A DNA stretch of 64,000 bases, from the NCBI GenBank assembly GCA_000004985.1, contig GG738878.1, one strand, 5' to 3'. The notes under the pieces are model-generated. The model did not search any database and had not been told where the DNA came from. It was given only the letters and a program-made list of their open reading frames with translations. Within the stretch, counting starts at the first letter, position 1, and each line of letters begins with the position of its first letter. Made by a program: the position numbers and the translations under genes. This DNA is from Naegleria gruberi (Eukaryota). Of this stretch, positions 12,194 to 22,554 are shown in pieces.

Positions 12194-14221
12194 ATGCATA
12201 AAAACAATTCACAAGGAAATGTTATGAATTTTGTATTGTATTTGGTTTTGGGATTGTTGATCGTGAGTTGTTGTGGTGTGCTTGGCAGTGATTGTCCAAC
12301 ATTCCGATCAAAGAATTACTTTCCCCGAATGTTGTATGAAAATGATGGAACAATTTTTAGTGATGAATATTTAACAATGAGGGATGGTGTAAAGATTGCC
12401 TGTGATTTGTATTTACCTTATAGAGCAGTGAATGAAAATCATAGATTACCAACTCTTTTGCATATTACTAGATATAATAGATCATTTAAAGTGAATTTTC
12501 CATTCAATTACTTGTTTGGAGAAAAGCTCAGTATTAGAGGCATTCCATTCAAGAAGTTTGTTGCCAGAGGATATGCTGTAGTTTCATGTGATACTAGAGG
12601 TACTGGTGCAAGTTTTGGAAGTCGTCCTTATGATTTTCATAGAGATGAAGTTCAAGATTTTGGAGAAATTATGGATTGGGTTGTAAAGCAAAAATTCAGT
12701 AATGGAAAGATTGTATCAACAGGTATTTCGTATGATGGAATGGTTAGTGATTTCTTAGTTTCATTGAATCACAAGAGTTTGGTTGCAGTTGCATCAGTTA
12801 GCTCTCCATTCGATCTCTATAGAGATATCATTTATCCTGGAGGTCTTTATCAAAAATCATTTATTGACCATTATTTGAAATTTACTCAACATGTCGAAAA
12901 GTTTGGAGTTGCACCACAAAGAGATAATATCTGTCCAGGATGTGAACCTGACTCTTTGAGAGAAATTTTGATGAATTGGTTCGCCAAATTTATTTTGGGA
13001 GGAGTGAAGGATGTTAATGGTGATGAAGAGACGAAGAAGAAAGCAATTGAATCCCATGCTTCCTCGTATGATGCTCTCGAAATTGTTCACCATCTTGAAG
13101 ATGGTATTAATAAGGTCATTAAAACAAAGACATTTACCTATGAAATGGAAAAGGATGGGCCAGTGAGAGCTGTCCAAGATACCAAGAGAAGAATTCCAAT
13201 GCTTGTATTAGGAGGTTTCTATGAAAGCCAAGTTCAAAACAGTGCTGTGAAGAGATTCAAGTCACTCTATCATGAGGAAAGCAAATTAATTCTTGGTCCT
13301 TACACCCATGGTTTTAGAAATATTGCTTCACCTTATTTGAAGGAAAAATTCCCATGTTTCAATGCCATGGAAGAAGTTATGAGATTCTTTGATCATCATT
13401 TGGGCTTGGATGAAAATACAGGCATTGAAGATGAAAGCCCAATTCATTACTATTCTGTTGGAGCTGAAAAATGGATTTCTACTGATAGTTGGCCACCAAA
13501 ATCTATTGAAACTGTTTATCATTTCTCTGAAAACTCTAAATTAACTACTGAAAAGATGTCTGATCTTTCTTCTAGCCACATCTTGACCCTTAACTTGAAG
13601 GAAAGCACAGTCGTTTTATCCAAGTGGAATATGTTAACTCACTTGTTTGAGAAGTACCCTAGATATAGTGAAAAGCTCTCCTCTTCCTCATGGAACAATG
13701 GAAAATTAAACTTCCAATCAGAACCATTGAAAAGAGATATGGAAATTAGTGGAAATCCTTATATTGATGTGGAAATTACAGCAAATAACAAGGATGGCGT
13801 ATTATTTGCCTACATTCAAGAAGTAGAAGCCAAAGGAGCTGTCAATCTTATTATGGATACTCAATTAAGACTCGTTCATAGAAAATTAACAGGAAAATCG
13901 AATACTGGAGTTATTGATGTTATTCCTTTCAATTCCTTCTACTTGGAAGATAGAGAATACTTGGAACCAAACAAGAGAACACATGTCAGAATGTACTTCC
14001 CAGCCTTGTCATACACTGTCAAAACTGGAAATTGCATTAAGGTTTCATTATTCACTTTTGATGATTTGAACTTTAAGATATTTGGTAATGCTTCTGATTT
14101 GTCAACCACGTTACAAGTTCACTCTGGATCTGTCTATTTACCGGTTGTTGGAGAAGAAATTGTGGAGGAATCAATCATTACTAATGAAGAGGAGCCACAA
14201 GAGGAAAAAGATGAATTATAA
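12194..14221 (+). CDS. secreted CocE/NonD-family alpha/beta hydrolase (peptidase S15, X-Pro dipeptidyl-peptidase-like) with C-terminal beta-sandwich domain
   Basis: 675 aa. An N-terminal signal-like segment is MNFVLYLVLGLLIVSCCGVLG. CocE/NonD motifs are MRDGVKIACDLYLPY, LPTLLHITRYN, GYAVVSCDTRGTGASFG and the nucleophile elbow VSTGISYDGM. The C-terminal ~200 aa match the family's jelly-roll domain. Confidence 0.8.
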   Translation: MHKNNSQGNVMNFVLYLVLGLLIVSCCGVLGSDCPTFRSKNYFPRMLYENDGTIFSDEYLTMRDGVKIACDLYLPYRAVNENHRLPTLLHITRYNRSFKVNFPFNYLFGEKLSIRGIPFKKFVARGYAVVSCDTRGTGASFGSRPYDFHRDEVQDFGEIMDWVVKQKFSNGKIVSTGISYDGMVSDFLVSLNHKSLVAVASVSSPFDLYRDIIYPGGLYQKSFIDHYLKFTQHVEKFGVAPQRDNICPGCEPDSLREILMNWFAKFILGGVKDVNGDEETKKKAIESHASSYDALEIVHHLEDGINKVIKTKTFTYEMEKDGPVRAVQDTKRRIPMLVLGGFYESQVQNSAVKRFKSLYHEESKLILGPYTHGFRNIASPYLKEKFPCFNAMEEVMRFFDHHLGLDENTGIEDESPIHYYSVGAEKWISTDSWPPKSIETVYHFSENSKLTTEKMSDLSSSHILTLNLKESTVVLSKWNMLTHLFEKYPRYSEKLSSSSWNNGKLNFQSEPLKRDMEISGNPYIDVEITANNKDGVLFAYIQEVEAKGAVNLIMDTQLRLVHRKLTGKSNTGVIDVIPFNSFYLEDREYLEPNKRTHVRMYFPALSYTVKTGNCIKVSLFTFDDLNFKIFGNASDLSTTLQVHSGSVYLPVVGEEIVEESIITNEEEPQEEKDEL

Positions 14222-14226
14222 ACTAT

Positions 14227-15144
14227 TTAATGATGACTAATCGGAAGTGGAATGTGTTCTTTTGTGAAATGATCAATCTCTGCACAATACTTTTCTGGTT
14301 CAACAACAAAAATCTTAATGTGATCAATATCACCCTCAAAGCAACAAATCTTTACAGATTTCTTTTCCTTATAATTAGACCAAAATGCATAAACTGCCTT
14401 TGAAGGAACAATAAAATCTTCCTTGGCATACATGACCAAAATTGGAGTGTCTTCACCAAACACCTTTGTGGTTAAACTCAATTCACTCAAATATCCAACA
14501 TAGAACTGTTCAGCCATATTGCTCACATGATAGTAAAAGTAAAATACACAATAAATAATAAATCTAATGATCATTCCAATAATTCCAATAGAATTCTTAT
14601 CAGGAATAACTTTCTTCAATTTCTTATCATAGTTATATCCTGCCAAAACTGAAATAGCATCTGCATCTTCAGTATTTACACCAGGGAATGAATCAGAAAT
14701 CAATCCTCTATATCCCTTTCTAACATTTATATAATCATTCTTATTAGAATCCAATAGAGCCATCATTCTAGCAACAAATAAACCTCCATTATTTGAAATT
14801 GCATGAACAATGAAAGAGCTTTCATTTTCCTTCTGATCCACTTCAATCATATCCAAAATTTTCTCTACTCCATTCAAAGATGCTTTTTTCGAAAATAATT
14901 CCCAAGAATCTGGAATATACGACAAGACATCATATCCCTTTCTGGTATAAATTGCAGTATACTTGGAGACGAATCTGAACTTGCTTCCATACCAACCAAT
15001 CAACAAAACAAGTGGTGGAATATTCTTCGGATTCTCCGATCCAATATCATCATGCTCAAAAAATTGGAGCTTGTTTTTATTTCCGAACTTTTGTACCAAA
15101 CGTTGAAGTGTTTCCCTGCTGTTGCTGTGATGATGTTGAGCCAT
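14227..15144 (-). CDS. TMEM53/DUF829-family alpha/beta-hydrolase-fold membrane protein
   Basis: The ORF extends to 15231, but the likely start is MAQHHHS at 15144. The DUF829 core is PLVLLIGWYGSKFRFVSKYTAIYTRKGYDVLSY. A C-terminal hydrophobic segment is IIGMIIRFIIYCVFYFYY. Confidence 0.65.
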   Translation of the reverse strand: MAQHHHSNSRETLQRLVQKFGNKNKLQFFEHDDIGSENPKNIPPLVLLIGWYGSKFRFVSKYTAIYTRKGYDVLSYIPDSWELFSKKASLNGVEKILDMIEVDQKENESSFIVHAISNNGGLFVARMMALLDSNKNDYINVRKGYRGLISDSFPGVNTEDADAISVLAGYNYDKKLKKVIPDKNSIGIIGMIIRFIIYCVFYFYYHVSNMAEQFYVGYLSELSLTTKVFGEDTPILVMYAKEDFIVPSKAVYAFWSNYKEKKSVKICCFEGDIDHIKIFVVEPEKYCAEIDHFTKEHIPLPISHH

Positions 15145-15549
15145 TTTTTTTATTGTAGATTTTTTAATTGGGTTGTCCTGTTGTAATGCAAAGATATTAG
15201 AGAATCTCATTATCTCAATATTAATACGCACGCTAGCACATAAAATAATTCTCCCAATGGTACCGATTTACCAATCATGTTAAAAAGTGCGACAGTATAA
15301 AATCAATAACTTTCAATATTTTGTAAACTTTCCACCTTGTTCCATAAGCATTGATCATTTACTGTATTGTAAAAAATCAAAATAATTTTCAAATTTGATC
15401 AAAATAAACGAAGAGGAACCAGAAACCTTCCAATTCCATTCAATTTCAATTCTTAAAAAAATCAAAAAAACGAATTAAGGGATCAATTCTCCGCAAGCTT
15501 TGAATCATCAAATACTTATTTATTAAGGAAAAATTATGATTGCAATAAT

Positions 15550-16957
15550 ATGAGTCCAACAAATTCGATATACCAGCAGAAGTGGAGAGTCTCATCACAA
15601 TTATGTATCATGATGATGATGATGGTAATTTTCTGTTGCACTAGATTGGAATATATTAAAGCCAATACTCCAATAATTCGATATTTAAATTTTGATACCT
15701 ATTATACGATGGATTCAAATTCAACTCTTCAATATGGTTTCAAGGTTGGGAAAGATCAAGAGAATTTAAGAGTGGCTGAGGGTTGTGAAATACTGCTTTC
15801 CTTTCGCTCGTTAAATGAAGAATCGAATTTAATTAACATGTCTTTGAGTAGTCTTCCATCTGAATTGTTCAGCAAGTATTATCCATCTACTATGGCAGAA
15901 ATTTATTCGATACAATTTGATGCCAGTAGCTTGCAATATCTCAATAACACCTCTATGGAATTCAAGCACCACTGCCCGAACGGAATTGCAAACGCAAGGT
16001 TAGGAACCTTATCTGCATATACATTTACAAATGATCGTTTTTTAGCCACCAGTGCGCAGCATGGACCTGTAGAAACAACCTTATTAAGATTTCCAATGAT
16101 TTCATTAAGATTATTTGGTGATAGGCTGATTATTGGCATTCACTTGTCATTCATCTTGAGATCCACTGTATTGAATCAGCAGAAATATATCTATGGTCCA
16201 ACAGAACTAGAATTTAACCTCCAACTTTATCACAAATTGGTTCTTAACATGCCATCCATTGCTTCAACAGTTGTGGGGACAGTTTTCACAGTTAAAGAAA
16301 CAAAAAAGGAATCACAAGCGTTTACTCCAGAAGGCTACTCTACTCTCTTTTCACTTGGATTGGTTGGTGGAGAAACCTCAAAGGCAACATTGAGGTATAC
16401 ATTCAGTTCTCTGGTAATACTTGATGCTCTGGGATCATATGTAATGTTTAAACCAAGGTACTCTAATCAGCTATGGACATTTCTTAGATACTCTTCCTTA
16501 TCCTGGAGAAAAAGTATTTCGTGTCAAAATGCCAGCCATTTCGACTGTGAGAATTAAAAACATTGCTGCAACCTATGGATCTTTCACAGTAAGGTTAAAG
16601 AGAATGAGTCCACCTACATCTTATTCGTATGAACAATCAGAGTTCATAACAGCCAATATTGCAACAGCAACCAATTTTGAAATTTTGAATCTTGACTATG
16701 TGGAAACAAATCTCTTCATTTCCCTTGATCCAAACACTCATTCATTTTTTGGATTCGATATTGAAGTGCAGAGAAATGTGGTTGGACAGTTTGCGTTTGT
16801 GGTTTTAGGGGTAATACCTATTTTGTTCACTTTGTTCATAAGTGTTGCAATTATTATTGTGCTTGTTACAATTAAGCGAAATTCTTCAACTTACCGTTAT
16901 AAAGAAAGTGAACTCTTACAAAATAATGAAATGGACTCAATAAATAGAGATTTATAA
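15550..16957 (+). CDS. type-I-like membrane glycoprotein, unknown family (two overlapping ORFs 15550..16557 and 16529..16957; frame junction unresolved)
   Basis: The N-terminal hydrophobic region is MMMMVIFCCTRL. The ~430-aa ectodomain has N-glycosylation sequons. The second ORF ends with a transmembrane segment VVLGVIPILFTLFISVAIIIVLV plus a short tail. The two ORFs overlap in different frames around 16483-16557, and no convincing intron was found there. The cause is a frameshift or an unrecognised splice. Confidence 0.4.
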
Positions 16958-16984
16958 ATTAAAGGAAGTTTTGAGGGTTGTTTA

Positions 16985-19059
16985 GTGATGAATTGGACGA
17001 AGAACTGGTTCTTCAAGATCGAGAGACAATTCCCAATCGTGGAGTGGAATAAGGGCAGGACGGAGAGAAATAGTAACACAGGTAATATTTTCCTTTTGGC
17101 ATTCAGAGTAAAGGTGAGCTTCAACGTCAGGAGAGACAGCACTTGTACATTCGTCCAAAATAGCGTAAGCTGGCTTATGGTACAATAATCTAGCAACTGC
17201 CAATCTTTGTTGTTCTCCCAATGAAAGAATATCATCCCAATTCTTTTCTTGATCCCAACCTTCTCTTTCGGCAATATAGGCAATTCTGACTCTTCTTAAA
17301 AATTCCTTAAGTTCATCATTAGAGAATTTCTTAGATTTTTCGCTATTAGCACCTTCTGGGTAAATAATTTGTTCTCTGAGAGTACCAAAAATGTTATATG
17401 GTTTTTGAGGAATATAGTAAATATCAGAGCATAAAGTATTATTGGCACCACCAGGTTTTTGAATCTTACCAGAATCAGCATACCACAATCCAGCTAAAAC
17501 TCTGAAAATTGATGATTTACCAGTACCATTAGGACCAGTAATGAGGAGATTGTTTCTCTTTTCTGGGGTAGTCTTTAAAACCTCAAATGACAATGATTTA
17601 ACGAGAGTGTGATTGTCTGGTGTTGATAAATGTACATCTTCAAATTTGATAATATCTCCTGAAACAATATGTTTGGCCTTCTTTTCAGCATCCATCTTTT
17701 CAATAGAATCAATGGTTTCCAAGAGGTGACAAATGTTAGCAGCATAACCTGATGTTTCAGATAAACGAGTATGCAAGTGAATAATTTCACCAACAGCTGT
17801 AAATTCGTGTGAAACGACAGCAGCCAAATATCTCAAAACTCTGGCCAATTCAGTTTGGTCAGAATGCTTCAACATACCAAAGAAAACTGGATACATGGCA
17901 ATGAGCCAACTGACAGCTTGAGGTAAGTTGAATACAAAGAAGTCATTGAAGAAACCGAACAACCACTTGGATCTGATGAGCAATCTCTTGTGATTGAACA
18001 AATTCCAGAAAGCTTCATCAGAAACATTTCTTTCCAAAGCATCACCAGCATAGAAAGCAATGGATTCACCATTGGTAGCAGTTCTATAATGAGTATGTCT
18101 GAATTTACTTTCAAGATCTTGCAATCTTGAAGTAAGAGTACCAAATGGAGGTCTCAAAATAGCCATAGCAATGAATGAGAAGGTCATGTATCCCAAGATA
18201 ACAAGAGGACCTCCAACACCAACAATATTAACGAATTGATAAGTATAAACAATAACGTCAGCAATTGGTTTGACCAAGTTGGCATACAAGCTACAAATAC
18301 CATCACAGAACCTGTCAACATCTTGTGTAATGGTTTGATCACTATTGAGATTCAATATTATTGAAATAATTGTAGGAAAAACTTACGGATCATTGAGGCC
18401 AGTATTCAAATTGGCAGTCTTGTAGTACATCATATTACGCAAATACTTGCCATGAATATATTTTGTCAAGGAAATTCTCCATTCCAATTGAAGTTTGTTG
18501 ATGAGGAATTTCAAACTTGGAGCCAAGAGTGACGAAGCAAATGAGAGTAATGTGGAATATCCAAGAATTGACATGAAACTTTTGAAATCAAAGTTCATTA
18601 AAGCACCTGATAATTCACCTGATAAACTACTCAACCAGTTACTAACAAATGTTCTCATAATGACAACGATTGTGACACCAATCAATTGTAAAAATTCTTT
18701 AGATCTTTTTTGGAAATTTAGAAATCACATTAAACTCAAATTACTTACTTGACAGAAGGAACAACGATAGAAATCAAAAGCTTCAATCTTTCTAAAAATT
18801 GCATATCAATATTTGCCTTGATTTTCTTTCCTCCTTCTTGATTGTCGATTTGTTTGGAAATACCCTTCTTGAATTTCCAATATTTAACCAAACCAACAAG
18901 ACCAGCAACAGAAATAGCACCAGAGATTGATGCATACTTTAAGTTTCTCTTATTAAAAAAGTCTGTTTTACCAGTTACTGCTTGGAATAATTCGGCCAAG
19001 CCAAACATTGTATCTTTTAAAGCATCTCCGACACTTGGTTTACTTTGTACATTGACCAT
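16985..19059 (-). CDS. ABC transporter, subfamily D (peroxisomal ALDP/PXA-type half transporter); 3 exons 18749..19059, 18387..18704, 16985..18341
   Basis: Exon 1 is ..FLERLKLLISIVVPSV, with donor GTAAGT at 18748..18743. Exon 2 is KSKEFLQLIGVTIVVIMRTFVS..NTGLNDP, with donor GTAAGT at 18386..18381. Exon 3 begins at the acceptor AATAG at 18342 and reads ..DQTITQDVDRFCDGICSLYANLVKP..EIAFYAGD..., then the NBD with Walker A (GPNGTGKSS), the signature LSLGEQQRLAVARL and Walker B (AILDECTSAVS). Phases were checked: 2 and 2. Confidence 0.85.
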
Positions 19060-19800
19060 TTTAATACTAGTATTTTAAATTGATCCTATAATGTTGTTGT
19101 TATTATATAAATGATGGTTAAATCTATTACTACAAAAAACAAATTTCCTTCCAATACAATGGCCTAAAATTTGATGAAAATTATAAAACGTCGACAACAA
19201 GAGAAAAACTGTTATTTCTTCTTTCCTTCAGTGCTGATGTTGTTGTTATTGATGATGATGGTGCTGATGTTTTAAAATTCTCTTGGCAATGTAGACAGGC
19301 CTTGTCCGATATTAAACAAGAGAGAGATGCACTGGGAAATTTTTTTTAAAGAATGGAAATTTTCCTGTCTGTTGATTTTCTGTGCTTTGCCTGCGATGTT
19401 GGGAAAGAATACAGAGAAAGAAAAATTCTCCAAGATGACAAGGAGAATCTTTGCGGCAATAAAAGGGTGGTTATCTGAGCATTAGTTTACAATGTTGTGA
19501 TTCTTAATATCAATGATAATTATTATTCTTACAGAATGATGATGGTAGAAGAATGGAAGAATAAGAAACAACAATTTGATTGGTAAAGGTATGTCAACAT
19601 TGCCAATAAGATGATTAAAGATCTAGGATTAATATATTAGCTTCTTTTCCCAATTATTTTCTTATCTTTGGAAACAAAATTCAAAAGTTCCCTTCATTTA
19701 CGTGTTCCAATACGTCATTTGATGAAGTTTTTCAACCCCATACAAACAACTATCCGTTAGAGGTAAAGAATTCTTGCGTTAATTATTAACAACAAAAAAA

Positions 19801-20705
19801 TGTTGGCCTTTATCATAATTAGTCAAGCTGCAGTCTATTTGGGATTACTCTTCCTCGTGTTGTGTGTTGCTACGGGATTGTACTATTTGGCAGAGTTGGC
19901 TGAAGAAAATACTGTCATGACTAAGAGAGTTATTTCCTATACGATCTATGTAGGTTGATGATGAGTTAGCCTTGGAGCATAGAACAATTATTAATCATGA
20001 TGATGAAAATTATCGGAATGAATTTGGAAATTAATGGAAAATAGCTTGTTGTTGCTTTACATTTAATTTTGTGGATTTTTGATGAATTGTATTTCAAGTA
20101 TATTTTCATCGGAATTGTTTCTCATATTATTTATTATCAATTGCTTTCTACATTCCCATTCATTAGGGTGAAATCTCTCTCTTTTGTGTTGAGCATTGGT
20201 AAGTTTTGGATTAATGATTTTAATTATATATTTAATAATTATTATTCAGTTGCTTTCTGTATTTCACATGTTGGATGGTATTATTACTTTACTGATTTTT
20301 ACACACCAATTTATGATTTTTCTGAATTGCTAGGTAAGTAGAGTTTGATAATATTTCTGATGAGCCTGACACTTCTTGTTTTAATTTAAAATAATAATAT
20401 TTTAATTTTTATTTTAATTCAATAATTATTAAATATTGAAATCTTTAGGATTTTTCTTCATTTGTGTCTGGATTACTCCATTGGCACTGTTTGTAAGTTT
20501 GAGTATTGGAGATGTTCAATTGCCTGGACTTGGAATGAATGATGGAATTGATTCTGGAAATAGAGATATTTTGAAGAAGAAAAAGAACAATGTTGCTCAA
20601 TGGATTATGTCCTTCTTGAATCGTTTCAGAAAATCCCAAGAAACTGCTCTTCCACAACATCAACCATATATGAATGTCAACAATTCATATACACCATCAT
20701 ATTAA
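19801..20705 (+). CDS. TEX261/Svp26-like ER-Golgi cargo-receptor membrane protein; 4 exons approx 19801..19950, 20047..20199, 20248..20332, 20441..20705
   Basis: Exon 1 is MLAFIIISQAAVYLGLLFLVLCVATGLYYLAELAEENTVMTKRVISYTIY, followed by GTAGGT. Exon 2 is LVVALHLILWIFDELYFKYIFIGIVSHIIYYQLLSTFPFIRVKSLSFVLSIG. Exon 3 is VAFCISHVGWYYYFTDFYTPIYDFSELLG. Exon 4 is FFFICVWITPLALFVSLSIGDVQLP... The whole is collinear with TEX261 (GLYYLAELIEE....FPF...). Confidence 0.7.
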
Positions 20706-20864
20706 ATATGAAAAATCCAAAATACTATAAAAATTTATTTATTTCTTTTTTCAAATAAGATTATAATATAATTTAGATGTTGCAAAAACAAATTACATTC
20801 TGAAATCAATGAATTAAAGAAAAAGTAATATAATAATTTAATATTTATTCAAAGTATTAAAAAA

Positions 20865-22347
20865 ATGCAGCAAAGAAATTCTTCATTCACCGTGGAAATA
20901 TTTCAACAAGAAGTTTTGGATTACCTATCGGAAAGTTTAATGTTGAAGGAAAAACATGGATCGGAAGAATCTAAAAATTTACTTGTTAATTCTCTGTTGA
21001 GACCTCCATCCATATCAACCATTCGAGTGAATACTTATCATTATAAAAAAGGTGGAAAATTCTCAAGTCATGATGAAATTATGGAACAAGCAAGGAAGGA
21101 TTTGGAAACAATTTTTCAAAACAAGTACAAGGTTGAGAGGAGTCCAAATGTTGATGATTGTTTGGTGATCCCTGTTAATGAACTCTCACCAAATTATTCA
21201 AATATTTCGGATCAATGTATGTAATCACTTATGTAATTAATTGGAATTTATTGAAAAAGATATTGTTGTGGATAGAAAATGTGGAGAAGCTGTACTGAGA
21301 GGAGCTGATGTATTTGCTCCAGGAATTTTGGGAATTTCAAAAAATTGTCATTCTGGATCTGAAATTGCAATTCTATGTGATATTTCTTCTCAAACAAAGA
21401 AGGGATTCAGATTTGAAAAAACCATTGAGGAAATGATACAAATTGATGAAAATACCAAGTACCAGAATTTCATCTATGTTGGAAATGGAATTTTGAAAAT
21501 GGACAGGACCAGTATTTTCCAAGCCAATGTAAAGGGAATTGGATTGGAGGTAACCCAACCATTCTATGAGACCTGCTCCTTGAATGAAATATCTCAAACA
21601 TATTACAATGAATTTTTCGCTCAAAATATTTGCTCCATGGTGGTAGCTCACCTTTTGGATCCAAAAAAGGGAGAAAAGATTTTGGATATGTGTGCATGTC
21701 CAGGTGGAAAAACTACACACATTTCAAATCTTATGGAGAATGAAGGTGAATTGATTTGTTGCGATAGACAGAAAGGAAAGGTTGACCTATTAAAGAAATT
21801 GAGTGAAAAACTTGGTTATTCAGTGATGAAACCAACAGTCCTTGATGGTACAAAGGCAACAAGAAGAGTTAACACTGATTCTTCTGAAAATCAAAAATCA
21901 AAAAAGAGAAAGACCAATGAAGAACAAGTATTTTTAGAGGAGAATTATTTTGATAGAGTATTGGTGGATGCACCATGTTCTGGACTTGGACAAAGACCTA
22001 CCCTCTCATTTAAGGAATTTTCATTGGATTCTCTCAAAAAGACAGCTGAATATCAACGAAAGATTTTGGCAGAGGCTTTCAAGGTTTTAAAACCTGGTGG
22101 TATTCTTGTCTTTTCCACATGTACCATCAGTCCAATGGAGAATGAAGAAAATGTTTTGTGGATGCTTGAAAATTTCCACTCTAAAATTGAGTTATTGACA
22201 CCCAACATGACAGCTTTTGCCAGTGAAGGTCTTTCATCCATTATTTCTGATTCTTCAATACGGAGTAAGGTCCTTCGATTTGATCCAGTAACAACTCCTG
22301 AAACTATTGGGTTCTTTGCTTGCAAATTCAAAAAACTTTCCAATTAA
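20865..22347 (+). CDS. NOL1/NOP2/Sun-family RNA (cytosine-5)-methyltransferase, NSUN6-like with PUA-like segment; exons 20865..21216 and 21260..22347
   Basis: The intron is GTATGT...AAAAAG (21217..21259, 43 nt), phase 1. The PUA-like stretch is IVVDRKCGEAVLRGADVFAPGILG. The SAM motif is DMCACPGGKTTH. The motif IV is DRVLVDAPCSGLGQRP. The catalytic TC is LVFSTCTISPMENE. Confidence 0.8.
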
Positions 22348-22554
22348 AACATTTCAAATATTTCAATACCTCTCTCTAATAACACACAAGTTTTGGAAAT
22401 CTAATTACAGAGCCCCTGCCCATTATTACTCTGCAGTAATGTCTATTGAATATTTACTTTGAGAGAGCTGTGCACGATCCATTAGTTTTGGAGTGTTCAA
22501 ATGGCGAAGCGACTCCTTTTGGGAAATAAAAGCGCCAAAATCACAATCTAAAAA

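Noticed and set aside
12857-13522. Minus-strand ORFs 12857..13177 and 13328..13522
   Set aside because: They are antisense within the well-supported CocE/NonD hydrolase CDS.
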